DNA from: Felis catus
Taxonomy: Eukaryota
Reading direction: 5' to 3'
Assembly (NCBI RefSeq): GCF_018350175.1
Contig: NC_058368.1
Location: 85,996,001-86,060,000, forward strand
Length of the DNA: 64,000 nucleotides
This document shows positions 51,977-64,000 of the stretch, one piece after another. Every line of letters starts with the position of its first letter. Within the stretch, counting starts at the first letter, position 1. The translations under genes were made by a program, and so were the position numbers. The notes beneath the pieces are model-generated. The model made no database searches. It was given only the letters and a program-made list of their open reading frames with translations, and was not told the DNA's origin.

Positions 51977-52435
51977 ACATTTTTCACTGAAATCCACAAA
52001 TGCTTACTTTAAAAAAGAAGCCTCAAATTCTGTTCCCATAAGGTGATGCAAGGGACTCTGAAGTCACTTCCTCCCCTCCCCACCAAAGCCACTCATATGT
52101 ATAGAGCAATTCCTCCTGAAGAAATGTGAGCTGGGTGAAAAGCATCCACACTTCAAATGATAGAAAGAACATATGCAGAACAGAAAGAGACATGGAGACT
52201 TGATTAAAAACAAAACCAACCAACCCAACAAACAAAAAGCAAAACCAGAAAGACAAACAAACAAACAAAAAATATAAAGCAAAACAAAACAAACAAAGAA
52301 ACAAACAAAACACCTCACATCACAATGCTTTGAAATGCAGTCAGCAAGGATACTATCTTGAAATGATCTGTCTTCCCTGGGGAACAGGAAAGAAAAAACA
52401 AAAAATCAAAACACCACTTAAAAGTGCAAATAGAA

Positions 52436-52835
52436 TGTAAAATCATGGGGACCATCAAGCAAATGGTCCAGAAATAGGTTTTGAGATGTTTTCAGTGCAA
52501 ATAGGTAGTTTTATTAAATCACAGGGACAGGATCCATGGGCAGAAAAAGTTGTACTTGTTACTATGAAGAGTGACTGATTATCTACTTTTTTCTTAGGTT
52601 TGTTAAGGATAAGTAACTCTCTAAGGAATTTGTGTGTTGAAAGTGAGGTTTACAAGGACTTTCAGGGTTGGACTCTTGTCAAGATAAGGTTACCTTTTAT
52701 TATCTAGTATAACATTAGTCATGAGACCCTCTAGAAACGTCATCTTCTGCATGTCTCAGATGTGCATCAGTGGGACACATGTTGTAAGGTGATTCCTTTT
52801 TGGTTCCATTTTTCCTGCCTTCGTTTTCCTCATCA
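52436..52835 (-). mobile_element. Probable solo LTR (~400 bp)
   Basis: tg...ca termini, AATAAA on the minus strand (~52510-52515), candidate 5-bp TSD tagaa/taaaa; family not recognised. Confidence 0.5.
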
Positions 52836-53009
52836 TAAAAGTTTCAGGACTTGAATTTCTACAAATGGCAGAGGAGCTGCTGAAACTTTCTCTGGGATGG
52901 AGAAGTTGGTGAAGACCAAGGTTTACATTCTCCTTTCAGTTTAACAGCATGGACAATAGCAAGATTCTCATGCTCTACCCTGCTTGCCAATTAAATGAGC
53001 CATGGCTAT

Positions 53010-53850
53010 TACAAAAAATACACCAAATATGTGTTGGTCAGAAGTCCAGAAAAGAGGATTCTGGTGCACTGCTGTTGGAAATGTAAATTAGTACAGTCAC
53101 TATATACATGAGTATGGGAGTTCCCATAATAATCAAAAATAGGATATATGATCCTACAACCCAAATTCCTGGTATATATCCTAAGGAAATAAAATCCGTA
53201 TATTAAAGAATTATATGCACTCTTATGATTATCGCAGCATTATTTATAATAGGTTAGATATGGAAACAACCAACGAGTAATCAACAAGTGAATGGAAAGA
53301 AAATATAGTTTTTATAGTAAATATGGGATATTTAATGTTTGTAAAATCCTTGAAAATGGAAATACTTCCATTTGTAGTAGCATAGATGAAACTGGAGGAC
53401 ATTATGCTAAATAGAATAAGCCATATAGAGAAATTCAATCAGTGCCCAATTACACTGGTAGGTAGATTTTAAAACTGCATCAATAGAAGCATGCAATTAA
53501 ATGGCAGTAGTCAATAGCTGAAGGGAATGAGAAATATGGGGAGATATAGGTTGAAGTCTATAAAACTCCATAATGCAAGATGGAGATCTCTTATAGGGCA
53601 ATGTGAATATAGTCAACAATACTGTATTGTATGCTTGAAATTTTATAGAAGAGTTCATTTTAAGTGAAGTCAAAGGGCAAAAAAAAAAGTTAAGAAAGAA
53701 AGAACTGTGTAAATTGATGGATATGTTAATTAGCTTGATTGTGGTGATTAATTCACAATGTGTATCTCTTTCAAAATATCAACTTGTATAGTGTAAATAG
53801 ATACAATTTTTACTTGTCAAGTATATTTGAATAAAAATGGAAGAAAAAAC
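53010..53850 (+). mobile_element. Old L1 3' end (L1M-type)
   Basis: tgcactgctgttggaaatgtaaattagtacag; atgaaactggaggacattatgctaa; atggatatgttaattagcttgattgtggtgat; terminal aataaaa. Confidence 0.85.
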
Positions 53851-53941
53851 AAGAATTAACATAGATTGTACAAGATAGTGTAACTGGACATTACAAGTGT
53901 GCTTTGCATAAGTCATTACTGAAAAATAGGTGTGACATATT

Positions 53942-54146
53942 ATTTAATTTTTTATGTTTATTTATTTATTTTGAGAGAGACAGAGACAGTGCAAATGGGG
54001 GAAGGGCAGAGAGAGAATCCCAAATGGGCTCTGTGCCACCAGCACAGAGCTCAATGCAGGGCTTGAACCCATGAAGGCATGAGATCATGATCTGAGCCGA
54101 ATCCGAGAGTCAGAGACTTAACTGGCTAAACCACTCAGGCACCCCT
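53942..54146 (-). mobile_element. CAN-SINE
   Basis: Ends ccactcaggcacccc; flanks ggtgtgacatat / ggtgtgatattt resemble a TSD. Confidence 0.9.
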
Positions 54147-54613
54147 GGGTGTGATATTTATTACTTTTATTACCATCATTCCAGCAACATCAGGAAAGCT
54201 ACCATGAAGTTAGTTTTCATCTAAGTATCTGTTATGCCTACATTTATCAGCAATATATTCCCCAGATTATTTCTATGTACCATTCCCATCTTGTTTTCAA
54301 AACGTTTCCTCAATTCTGTGTGTATATATTACTTCATTTGAAGCTTAGTCATACACATACAAAGCAAAAAGATAAAATACAAAGGTGAATCACAGAAAGC
54401 AGTAACCTTAGGCACAATTTGTGTTTGAAAAATATGGGATAACTGAATACTTTGAGTATTTCGATGAATACTTGAATTTTTTTCTGAATGTCCTTTAAAT
54501 TTTGAAAATATATAATTGCCCCAGAAACAGATAAATTCAGATTTTACTATTTTACCTTGTTTATAAGTTCAATTATATATAATTATATATATATACATAC
54601 ATGTATTTATATG

Positions 54614-54647
<34 letters not shown>

Positions 54648-54725
54648 CATACATACATATATATACATATATACACATACATATATATATACATATATGT
54701 ACATGTATATATATATATATATGAG

Positions 54726-55175
54726 TTTATTTATTTATTTTGAGAGAGAGGAACAAAGCAAGTGAGGGAGGGGTGGAAAGCGAGGGAGAGAGACAGAATC
54801 CCAAGCAGGCTGCACACCTTCACCACAGAACCCAACACAGAGCTCTAAACCACGAATCATGTGGGGCGCCTGGGTGGCGCAGTCGGTTAAGCGTCCGACT
54901 TCAGCCAGGTCACGATCTCACGGTCCGTGAGTTCAAGCCCCGCGTCGGGCCCTGGGCTGATGGCTCAGAGCCTGGAGCCTGTTTCAGATTCTGTGTCTCC
55001 CTCTCTCTCTGCCCCTCCCCTGTTCATGCTCTGTCTCTCTCTGTACCAAAAATAAATAAACGTTGAAAAAAAAAATTAAAATAAATAAATAAATAAATAA
55101 ACCAAGAATCATGAGATTAAGACCTGAGCTGAAAGCAAGAGTGGTACCCTTTATGAGGAGCCACCCAGGCCCCCC
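54726..55175 (-). mobile_element. Older CAN-SINE interrupted by a younger SINE
   Basis: 3' half 54726-54861 and 5' half 55098-55175 (gacctgagctgaaa..gagccacccaggccccc). Confidence 0.85.
54863..55097 (+). mobile_element. Young felid-type CAN-SINE nested in an opposite-strand SINE
   Basis: 16-bp TSD taaacca(c/a)gaatcatg at 54846-54861 and 55098-55113. Confidence 0.95.
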
Positions 55176-56380
55176 AATTTTATATTTTTGAATACAATTG
55201 AGACAAGGAATCATTGAATTAGATATAAGATTCATATGAATTAGAATGATGTATAGGAAATTATAAATTTGCATTGCAACCATGTAACTACTATGCTGTT
55301 TACCAAAATACTTCACACAAAAGAGGAGAGGGAAATATAGGGTTTCATTTATAAAATGAATAAATCGCAGCAATAAAAGACATAGCTTGAGAAATACAAT
55401 CAATGATATTGTAATAACTTTATACTGGGACTACATTTTTGTGTAACTTTATACTGGTAACTACATTTATGGTGAGGGTAGTAGATGTATAAACTTGTTC
55501 AGTTAGTATGTTGTACACATGAGACTAATGTAACATTATGTGTCACTTATATGTAATTTTTAATTACATATTATATATATACGAATATATATATATACAT
55601 ATATATATGAATAATATATATATTCATATATATCCAAAAGTAATAAAATGGAAATTCTACTCTGTACAATTATCATTGAGAATTTGGGGTCTTATATGTT
55701 AATTTTGTTCTTACACAGAGTAAGTCATTATTGTGTTAAAGTGATCACCTTAAAATTATAAAGATTTTAATACAAACAGTAATCCAAACTGCCAAAGGAT
55801 TAACACAATGGAATCAACATACGTGTGAACACATCACTTACTTGCATGGAAGAGCTCTACTCCTGGAGAGTATAACTCATGTACACATACAATATTAAGG
55901 CTTTCCCCACCAGCTACCATTCCCCATGTCCAGAGGATTAATCACAGGCTCTCAGCACAATGCACCTTCTCTCCCTCAATAAATACAACTTATCTTTCAA
56001 ATGCAATTGCTTCTGAAAATATATTAGTACGATTATGGACAAATAAATTCTCACATTTGAAGTTCCTTTTGCATCCATGTATTGATATTTAGTATATATT
56101 TCCTCACAGAATTGTGAAGTGACTATATTTTCATGAACATGATGTCAGTTAGTAGAGACTTTAGTCTTATTCAGCATAAGTCCAGGAAAGAAGTTCATAG
56201 ATAACATCAGTTATTGACTCTCTTACTCATTTTACTATGGTGCTCTGCTGTTTTACAATAGATTATTAGGAGTAACACCAATTCCTTTCAAAATTGTATA
56301 ATGATATACTTTTTAGGCTTAAAGAGAGGTTCATTTTTTTAAGTATGCAAGTATTTAGGCAATTAATTCATTTTGTAATG

Positions 56381-56414
<34 letters not shown>

Positions 56415-58016
56415 TTTTAAACCTATTTCAATCAAATAAAAATTTATTCTTGAAATACCTTGGTTAGTGAGATAATGTATCAAATGCATATTTTAATTGT
56501 TTATAAACAGCAGCTCTTAATTAATTCTAATGAAATTCTTTTAAGCACTTGCTTAAAAGTCTTGCCAACTATGTAATGCATCAAAATAAGACACGAACCT
56601 TTTTTTATCTTCCAGTTTTACAACATCACTGAATTTAATACTTGACAGTGGTCATCATAGTGTCATTATATGAACAGTTATTTTTCTTAGCAGATATCTA
56701 TGAATATTTTCCAAACAAATGTATACACTCAGCTTTTATCCTTGAGCTTGATATTTTAGATAATTTCATGAAGACTCAGGAACAACCGTAATTCAGGTTT
56801 TTCTTTAGAGGTTAAAAGTAAGACTACTTTTGTTGTGTGTGTTCACTTGTGAAAGTTCAGTGAGACTTGAATAATGTAGTTTAAATCACTAATAGCTCAA
56901 GATGACCTCAGGCCAAGATTGGAAAGGAGTTCTTATCATTTATTTGCAAGTTTTCAGATATATATTTAGGGACAATTTAGTTGGGGAATCGAATATTTAA
57001 CTTTTGATATTCTTCTAACATTATTATGTCTCTAAAGTTTTATAGAGTCATATATTTTACATACTGTTATTCAGGAATTGCATAAAATAGTGTGTAAACA
57101 TATTAACTTATTTGGCCCTTTGGAGAACATTGGCTAGAAAAATTGCTACACTATTATGAAATATGATGAATTTAATGTCAACACATAAGGAGTAATTCTT
57201 AAATTATCACACAATTTTGTATATTGCTTAATTTAGTATAGATATTTATTTTTGAATGTTTCCAATTAAATTGGAAATTACTGTTATATTATAAAATGTA
57301 TTTAAAATTTACAATAAGTAATAAAATGACATACCACTGTTTTTGATGGTCTACTCTTTAGATAATTTTCATTAATGTATTTATTATTGCAGATAATAGC
57401 TTAAATATTCTTAGATTTCCTATTGTCTCTAGTATTTTCATCAGTAATTTGTGTATATTTGGAAGGAGTGCCACCAGTCTAGTTTAGAGGGTTTATTCTA
57501 ACCTTGTTATCATAAAATATATACAACACAAAATTGGCAATTTTAACAAGGTTTGACTGTAGAATTTAATAACATTAAGTGCATTCACATTTTTGTTCAT
57601 TTATCATTACCATCAATTTCTAGAATATTTTCACCGTACCAAATTGAAGCTTCACATCTTATAAATAGTAATACCCTATTCCCCTACCTTACAGTCTTGC
57701 TAACATTTCCTTCTGTCTCAATTAATTTACCTATTCTAATACATCATAAAAGTGGAATCATACAGGGGTGCCTTAAGGGCTCAGTCAATTAAGTATTCAA
57801 CTCTTTATCTCAGCTCAGGTGTTGATCTCAAAGTTGTGAGTTCACACCCTAAGTTGAGCTTCACACTGAGCATGCAGCCTACTTAAAATGAAAGACCAAA
57901 TATGTGGAGTTACACAATATTTTTTTCTTTTCTGCCTGAGTTATTTCACTTCAGAAAATGTTCTCATATTTTTTTGTTTTGCTTTTCCTTTTTTTATTAA
58001 ACTTTTAAGGAATTTC

Positions 58017-58065
<49 letters not shown>

Positions 58066-58427
58066 AATATACATATATGAAATTTATTGTCAAATTGCTT
58101 TCCATACAACACCCAATGCTCATGCCAACAGGTGCCCTCTTCAATACCCATCACCCACCCTCCCCCTCCCTCCCACCCCCCATCAACCCTCAGTTTGTTC
58201 TCAGTTTTTAAGAGTCTTTTATGGTTTGGCTCCCTCCCTCTCTAACTTTTTTTTTCCTTCCCCTCACCCATGGTCTTCTGTTAAGTTTCCCAGAATCCAC
58301 GTAAGAGTGAAAACATATGGTATCTGTCTTTCTCTGTTTGATTTATTTCACTTAGCATAACACTCTCCAGTTCCATCCATGTTGCTACAAAAGGCCATAT
58401 TTCATTCTTTCCCTTTGCCACGTAGTA
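58017..58427 (-). mobile_element. 5'-truncated felid L1 3' end with a (TA)n(CA)n tail
   Basis: Matches 11740-12090; TSD taag(g/a)aatttc at 58006-58016 and 58428-58438. Confidence 0.9.
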
Positions 58428-58722
58428 TAAGAAATTTCCTACATAAACACACAGTATTATGTTGGTTCAGGTTGTATGATATAGTGATTCAACAATTCTC
58501 CTAATTAATCAATGTTCATCATAAGTGTACTCTTAATACATATCAACTATCTCTCCCAACCCCCACCCACCTCCCTTCTGGTACCCATCAGATTATTCTC
58601 TATAGTTGAGTCTATATTTGTCTTTTTTTTTCTTTATTTTGTTTCTTAAATTCCGCATATGAATAAGTCATATGGTATTTATCTTTCTCTGACTGACTTA
58701 TTTTGCTTAACATCATACTCCC

Positions 58723-59748
58723 TGCTGAAGCCAAGCTATCCAACCAGCCTGATGGTAGGGCCCAGGCGGTGGATGGATCAGGACTGCATGGCGGTTCACT
58801 GAAAGTGAAGCTTCTTGTATGCAAGCTTTTATGTAATTTGGCCTTAGTGTTGGTCGGGGCAGCCTCCTGACCAATGAAAATACCTGGGGATTTGTCGGTT
58901 GGGGAATTGCCCACAACAGGTCCCCCAGGAAAAGAACCATTGGGGAAAGAAATAAGATTCCGCAGGGAAATTATGCAACCTTACATCTAACCCTCGCCAC
59001 TCCCTATAAAGACTCCTCTACCTAAAGGAAGGATAGCCCCATATATTTCCCAGCCAAGGAGGGGAAAAATGGGTTCAAAATCCCCACTCCAGCAACAAAG
59101 AAGTGTATCTATGGATACAAGTTACTCCAACTCCTAGGCCCACTTGGCCCCCAGGAGGCATTCCAGATGATAACTGGACCTGGTGGATTAAGATACAGAA
59201 TGGTTCATTAGTTCCTAGGTATACATTGTCTTTCTGGGAACGCATGATGTGTGGGTTGCCAGGTCCCTCTTGGCTCCCTCCTGGCACCTCAGACCAAAGC
59301 AAATGCCTTTGTTATTTGTACTGCAAATGGTTGAAAGGAACAATTAAGAAGTCATATCCCTGTAAATGTTCCACTTGAGATGTTGAGAGATAGATGACCT
59401 TTCATGAAAATATCAAAGCAAATGCTTTATAGACTATAAATAAACATAGATACATAATGAAATTAGTATGAAGAAACTAATCAATAAGCAAAAGGCAGAA
59501 GGGAATGTTACAAAGAAATAACCATGAGGTTATTGGGTGATTACACAAAGGAACATTTTTAGAAATAGGTAAAGCCAAGAAACACAGATGACACACGCTA
59601 CAAGGAAATTGCTAACAAATATAATGCCACGTTTGCCACAATAAAGTGGCCAGTCTAACACATTGCTGTTGTCTGCGTCCATTTGTTATTTTTGCCGATG
59701 CTGTTCATCCTTTGGGAACCCCTGGACCTGCTGGGGCTGAACTCGGCA
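58723..59748 (+). mobile_element. Solo ERV LTR (~1026 bp), ERVK/betaretrovirus-like
   Basis: Termini tgctga.. and ..tcggca form an imperfect inverted repeat; 6-bp TSD actccc/actctc (58717-58722, 59749-59754); TATAA at 59620 followed closely by AATAAA at 59640-59645; the host L1 is colinear across it. Confidence 0.85.
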
Positions 59749-60834
59749 ACTCTCAACCTGCCCATGTTGCTGCAAATGTCAAGATTTAATTCTTTTTTTA
59801 TGGCTGTGTAATATTCTATTCTGTATTTATACGTCTTCTTTATCTATTCATTAGTCAATGGACATTTGGGCTTGTTCCACATTCTCACTATTGTAGATAA
59901 TGTTTCAATAAACATCAGGCTGTATGTATCCCTTTGAATAAGTATTTTTGTATTCTTTGGGTAAATGCCTAATGGTATATTTCATGAAGTATATTACACT
60001 TCAAAAGTGTAAGAGGGTTCCCATTCCTCCACCTGTTGGCCAAAGCTTCTTGATTCTTCTGTTGTTAATTTTTGTCATTCTTACAGGTATGAGATAATGT
60101 CTCATTGTAGTTGTGATTTCTTTTTCCCTGATGATGAGTGATGTTGAGCATCTGTATGTCTTCTTTGGAAAAAAAAATGTCTATTCATATCTGCTGCCCA
60201 TTTTCCATTAAATTATTTGTTTTAGAGTGTTGAGTTTTCTAAGTTCATTATGTTTTGACTACTAACCCTTTATCGGACATGCCATTTACAAATATATTCT
60301 CTCATTCCACAGGCTGCTTTTTAGTCTGTTGTTTTCTTTACTGTGCAGAAACTTTTTATTTTGATGAATTCCTAGAGTTTATTTTTGTCTTTGTTTCTTT
60401 TACCTCAGGACACATATCTAGTAAGAAGTTATTAACACCAATGTCAAAGAAGTTACTGCCTGTGCTCTCCTCTAGGAATTTTATAGTTTCCTGTCTCACA
60501 CTTAGGTCTTTCATACATTCCGAGTTTATTTTTGTGTATGATGTAAAAATTTGTCCATTTTCGTTCTTTTCCATGTTGCTTCCCAGTTCTCCCAGCACCA
60601 TTTGCTGAAGAGACTGTCTTTTCCCCATAGGATATTCTTTCCTGCATTGTTGAAAATTAACTGACCATATTGTTGTGGGTTCGCTTCTAGGTTTTCTATT
60701 CCGTTTTATTGATGTATGTGTCTATTTTTGTGCCAATAGCAAACCTCCTTGATCATTAGTGCTTCATAATATAGCTTAGGTCTGGAAATGTGATGCCTCC
60801 ATTTTTGCTTTTCTCTTCAAATTTCCCTCAGGTA

Positions 60835-61056
60835 GGGGCGCCTGGGTGGCGCAGTCGGTTAAGCGTCCGACTTCAGCCAGGTCACGATCTCGCGGTCCGT
60901 GAGTTCGAGCCCCGCGTCAGGCTCTGGGCTGATGGCTCGGAGCCTGGAGCCTGTTTCCGATTCTGTGTCTCCCTCTCTCTCTGCCCCTCCCCCATTCATG
61001 CTCTGTCTCTCTCTGTCCCAAAAATAAATAAACGTTGAAAAAAAAAATTTTTAAAA

Positions 61057-61085
<29 letters not shown>
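60835..61085 (+). mobile_element. Young felid-type CAN-SINE
   Basis: Long poly-A; 16-bp TSD aaatttccctcaggta at 60819-60834 and 61086-61101; absent from the paralogous site ~18420. Confidence 0.96.
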
Positions 61086-61092
<7 letters not shown>

Positions 61093-62005
61093 CCTCAGGT
61101 ATTTGGTCTTCTGTGGTTCCATACAAATTTTAGGATTATTTGCTGTAGCTCTGTGAAAAATCCTGGTGGTAATCTGACTTGGATTACATTAAATGTGTAG
61201 ATTTTTTTGGGTAGTAGTGACATCTTAACAATGTTTGTTCTTCCAGGCCATAAGCCTGGAATGTCTTCCATTTTTTTTGCGTGTGTCATCCTCAATTTCT
61301 TTTATCAGTGTTTTATAGTTTTCAGAGTACAGGTCTTTTAACACATTAGTTAGATTAATTCCTAGATATCTTATTGTTTTTGGTTCAATTGTAAGTGGGA
61401 TAAATTCCTTGATTTCTCTTTCTGCTACCTCACTATTGTTGTATAGGAATACAAGATTTATGTACATTGATTTTTTTTTATCCTGTTTTGGTAGGTCTTT
61501 CAGTTTTCTATATAGGGTGTCGTGTAATGTACAAATAGGGAAAGTTTTACTTCTTTCCTGCAGATTTAGATGTCTTTTACTCCTTTGTCTTGTCTCATTG
61601 CTGTGGCAAGGAGTTCCGCTACTATATTAAATAAAGTGATGAAAGTAAACACCCTTATCTTATTCCTGACTATAGAGGAAAAGCTCTGTTTTTCCCCATT
61701 GGGGGTGATATTAGCTGTGGGTATTATGTATATTGCCTTAATTATGCTGAAGAATGTTCCCTCTAACCATACTTTTTTTTCTTTTTTATCACGAATGGAT
61801 GTTGCTTTTGTCAAATGTTTTTTTTTTCCCTGCATTTATTGAAATGATCATATGGTTCTTATTCTTTCTTTTATTAGTGTGGTGTATCATATTGATTGAT
61901 CTGTGAATATTGAACCACCCTTGCAAACCAGGAATAAATGTCACTTGATTGTTAGTTCATGCCTCAGAACTACCTACTATATTTGAGGATTTACGTTAGC
62001 AATTC

Positions 62006-62783
62006 TCAAAATCACTCATCATCAGGGAAATGCAAATGAAAACCACAATGAGATACCACCTCACACCTGTCAGGATGGCTAACATTAACAACCCAGGCAA
62101 CAACAGATGTTGGGTGAGGATGCGGAGAAAGAGGATCTCTTTTGCATTGTTGGTGGGAATGTAAAGTGATGCAGCCACTCTGGAAAACAATATAGAGGTT
62201 CCTCAAAAAACTAAAAATAGAACTACCCCTGACCCCATAATTGCACTACTAGGCATTTATCCACGGGACACAGGTGTGCTGTTTTGAAGGGACACACACA
62301 CCCCCATGTTTAAAGCAGCACTATCAACAATAACCAAAGTATGGAAAGAGCCCAAATGTCCATTGATGGGTGAATGGATATAGAAGATGTGGTATATATA
62401 TACAATGGAGTATTACTCGACAATCAAAAATAATGAAATCTTGCCATTTGCAACTACATGGATGGAACTGGAGGGTATGATGCTAAGTGAACTTAGTCAG
62501 TCAGAGAAAGACAAAAATCATATGACTTCAGTCATATGAGGACTTTAAGAGACAAAACAGATGGACATAAGGGAAGGGAAACAAAAATAAAATATAAACA
62601 GGGAGGGGGACAAAACAGAAGAGACTCATAAATATGGAGAACAAACTGAGGGTTACTGGAGGGGTTGTGGGAGGGAGGATGGGCTAAATGGGTAAGGGGC
62701 ACTAAGGAATCTACTCCTGAAATCATTGTTGCACTACATGCCAACTCATTTGGATGTAAATTTATAAAAAAAATTAAAAAAAA
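62006..62783 (+). mobile_element. 5'-truncated L1 3' end (~780 bp)
   Basis: ORF2 end, 3'UTR and A tail; TSD ag(c/a)aattc at 61998-62005 and 62784-62791; the empty site is visible in the paralog at ~19320 (acattagaaattc). Confidence 0.92.
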
Positions 62784-64000
62784 AGAAATTCACAAGAACT
62801 TGATTGTGGGATATAATGGAACCTGTTGGTGGGATCTCAGGGCAAAATTATCCTTAGGAAACCACAATGACCATGGGTGAACACTTGATGGTAGACATAC
62901 TGCAATGGCTGTGAGTTTACTCAGAGAAGTAATGATTCCCTAAAAGCCCATAAGACTCTGATAATGAAGCAACGTAAAATACTCTGTGCTTCCTAAACAG
63001 TGCAGAGGAGGTGTAGAAGTATACTTCTCCAGGAGACACAAAAACAGTGAGAATTGCATTGTGCTATGACATTCAGTGTATTCTAAAGGATAAGGAAGAG
63101 TAAGGAAGCCCAGACCAGAAATAAATCCATGAATATATGGTTAGCTAATTTACAAGAAATAAGCCAATAATATACTATGGTGAGAGAACAGTCTATTCAG
63201 TAAGTGTAAATGCTATGCATTTTCCAGTCAGAAAACTATGTGGCCACATGCAAGCCATTATCATAAACCCTACACAAAAATTATTTTAAAAGGGATTGAA
63301 GACAAATGTAAAAATTGACACCATAAAACTTCCAGAAAAAACAGGTGGTTAACTTCCTGACATAGATATTCATAATACTTATTATTTTTAAATATTACAC
63401 AAAAGGCAAAAAGAAGAAAAGTGAAAATAAGTTGGGCTATATCAAACTAAAAATATACACAACAAAAAGAACCATCAACAAAATTAGAAGACAAACTACT
63501 GAATAGGAAAATATACTTTTAAGTGATATGTATAATAAGGGAGGCTAGTATTCAAAATAGATAAAGAAGACACAATTTCAATAGCACAAAAAATGATGAC
63601 AAAATGGACAGAAGACATGAATAGACATTGTTTTCCAAAGAAGACATACAGATGGACAAAAAGTTAAAGAAAGAAAAAAATAATAAAAGGATGATCAACG
63701 TCGTAAATAATCAGGGAAAAGCAAATAAAAGCCACAATGAGATATCACCTTACTCATTAAGAATAGCTATTTTCAAAAATACAGGGAATAACATGTTGGT
63801 AAGGATGTAGGTAAATGGGAATCTTTGTTCATTTCAGGGGGAATATATAATGAAATGCTGCTAACAGAAATCATCCTATGAAATGGAATTAGTGGCTTTT
63901 GGGGCTGTGAAATTTGAGTGTTTTGAAGAATAACTGGGGAGTGGCTCAGACTGATTAATCTGCACTAAATAGCATATAACTCCCATCAATCCTTTTAGAA

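Larger units (their letters stand above)
58439..61950 (-). mobile_element. Older L1 3' half (host of the LTR and of a SINE)
   Basis: 3'UTR 58440-58722 resumes at 59749; ORF2 remnants 60356-61835; paralogous to 17734-19275. Confidence 0.88.
60101..64000 (+). repeat. Diverged direct segmental duplication of 17734-20385 plus 23327-23480
   Basis: Shares the same L1/non-L1/L1 junctions (gttagttcatgcctcagaactacct; tgttggtgggatctcagggcaaaattatccttagg) and the unique sequence tataatgaaatgctg..aactcccatcaatccttttagaa; roughly 85-90% identity by eye. Confidence 0.93.

Noticed and set aside
165..61085. tRNA genes
   Set aside because: All A/B-box tRNA-like segments are heads of CAN-SINEs followed by CT tracts and A tails

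Overview
Mammalian DNA, AT-rich and dominated by repeats. The carnivore CAN-SINEs and LINE-1 3' ends point to a felid genome. No intact protein-coding gene is visible. Two gene relics are readable: a disrupted B30.2 (PRY/SPRY) terminal exon of a TRIM/butyrophilin-type gene (~1991-2449, +) and an OR2L-family olfactory receptor pseudogene (24262-25190, -; three frameshifts plus a premature stop). Most of the rest is layered and nested L1, SINE and LTR sequence, many copies with readable target-site duplications (TSDs). Main structural observations: (1) A ~2.27 kb near-identical inverted duplication (17125-19390 vs 33959-36224) looks like a templated insertion into a broken L1 5'UTR, with one homologous and one microhomology junction. 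It brackets the 14.6 kb interval carrying the OR pseudogene. (2) An older direct segmental duplication (17734-23480 vs 60101-64000) predicts a second OR2L paralog just beyond the window. (3) A ~1.03 kb solo LTR with a 6-bp TSD and betaretrovirus-like signal layout has an unusually long U3 carrying a W/C/P-rich, partly decayed reading frame, reminiscent of LTR-encoded accessory genes. (4) Several odd retrotransposition products are present: a miniature twin-primed L1, an internally deleted L1 with both termini, and an L1 5'UTR fragment lodged in an endonuclease domain. All alignments were done by eye. Subfamily names and boundaries without TSDs are approximate.
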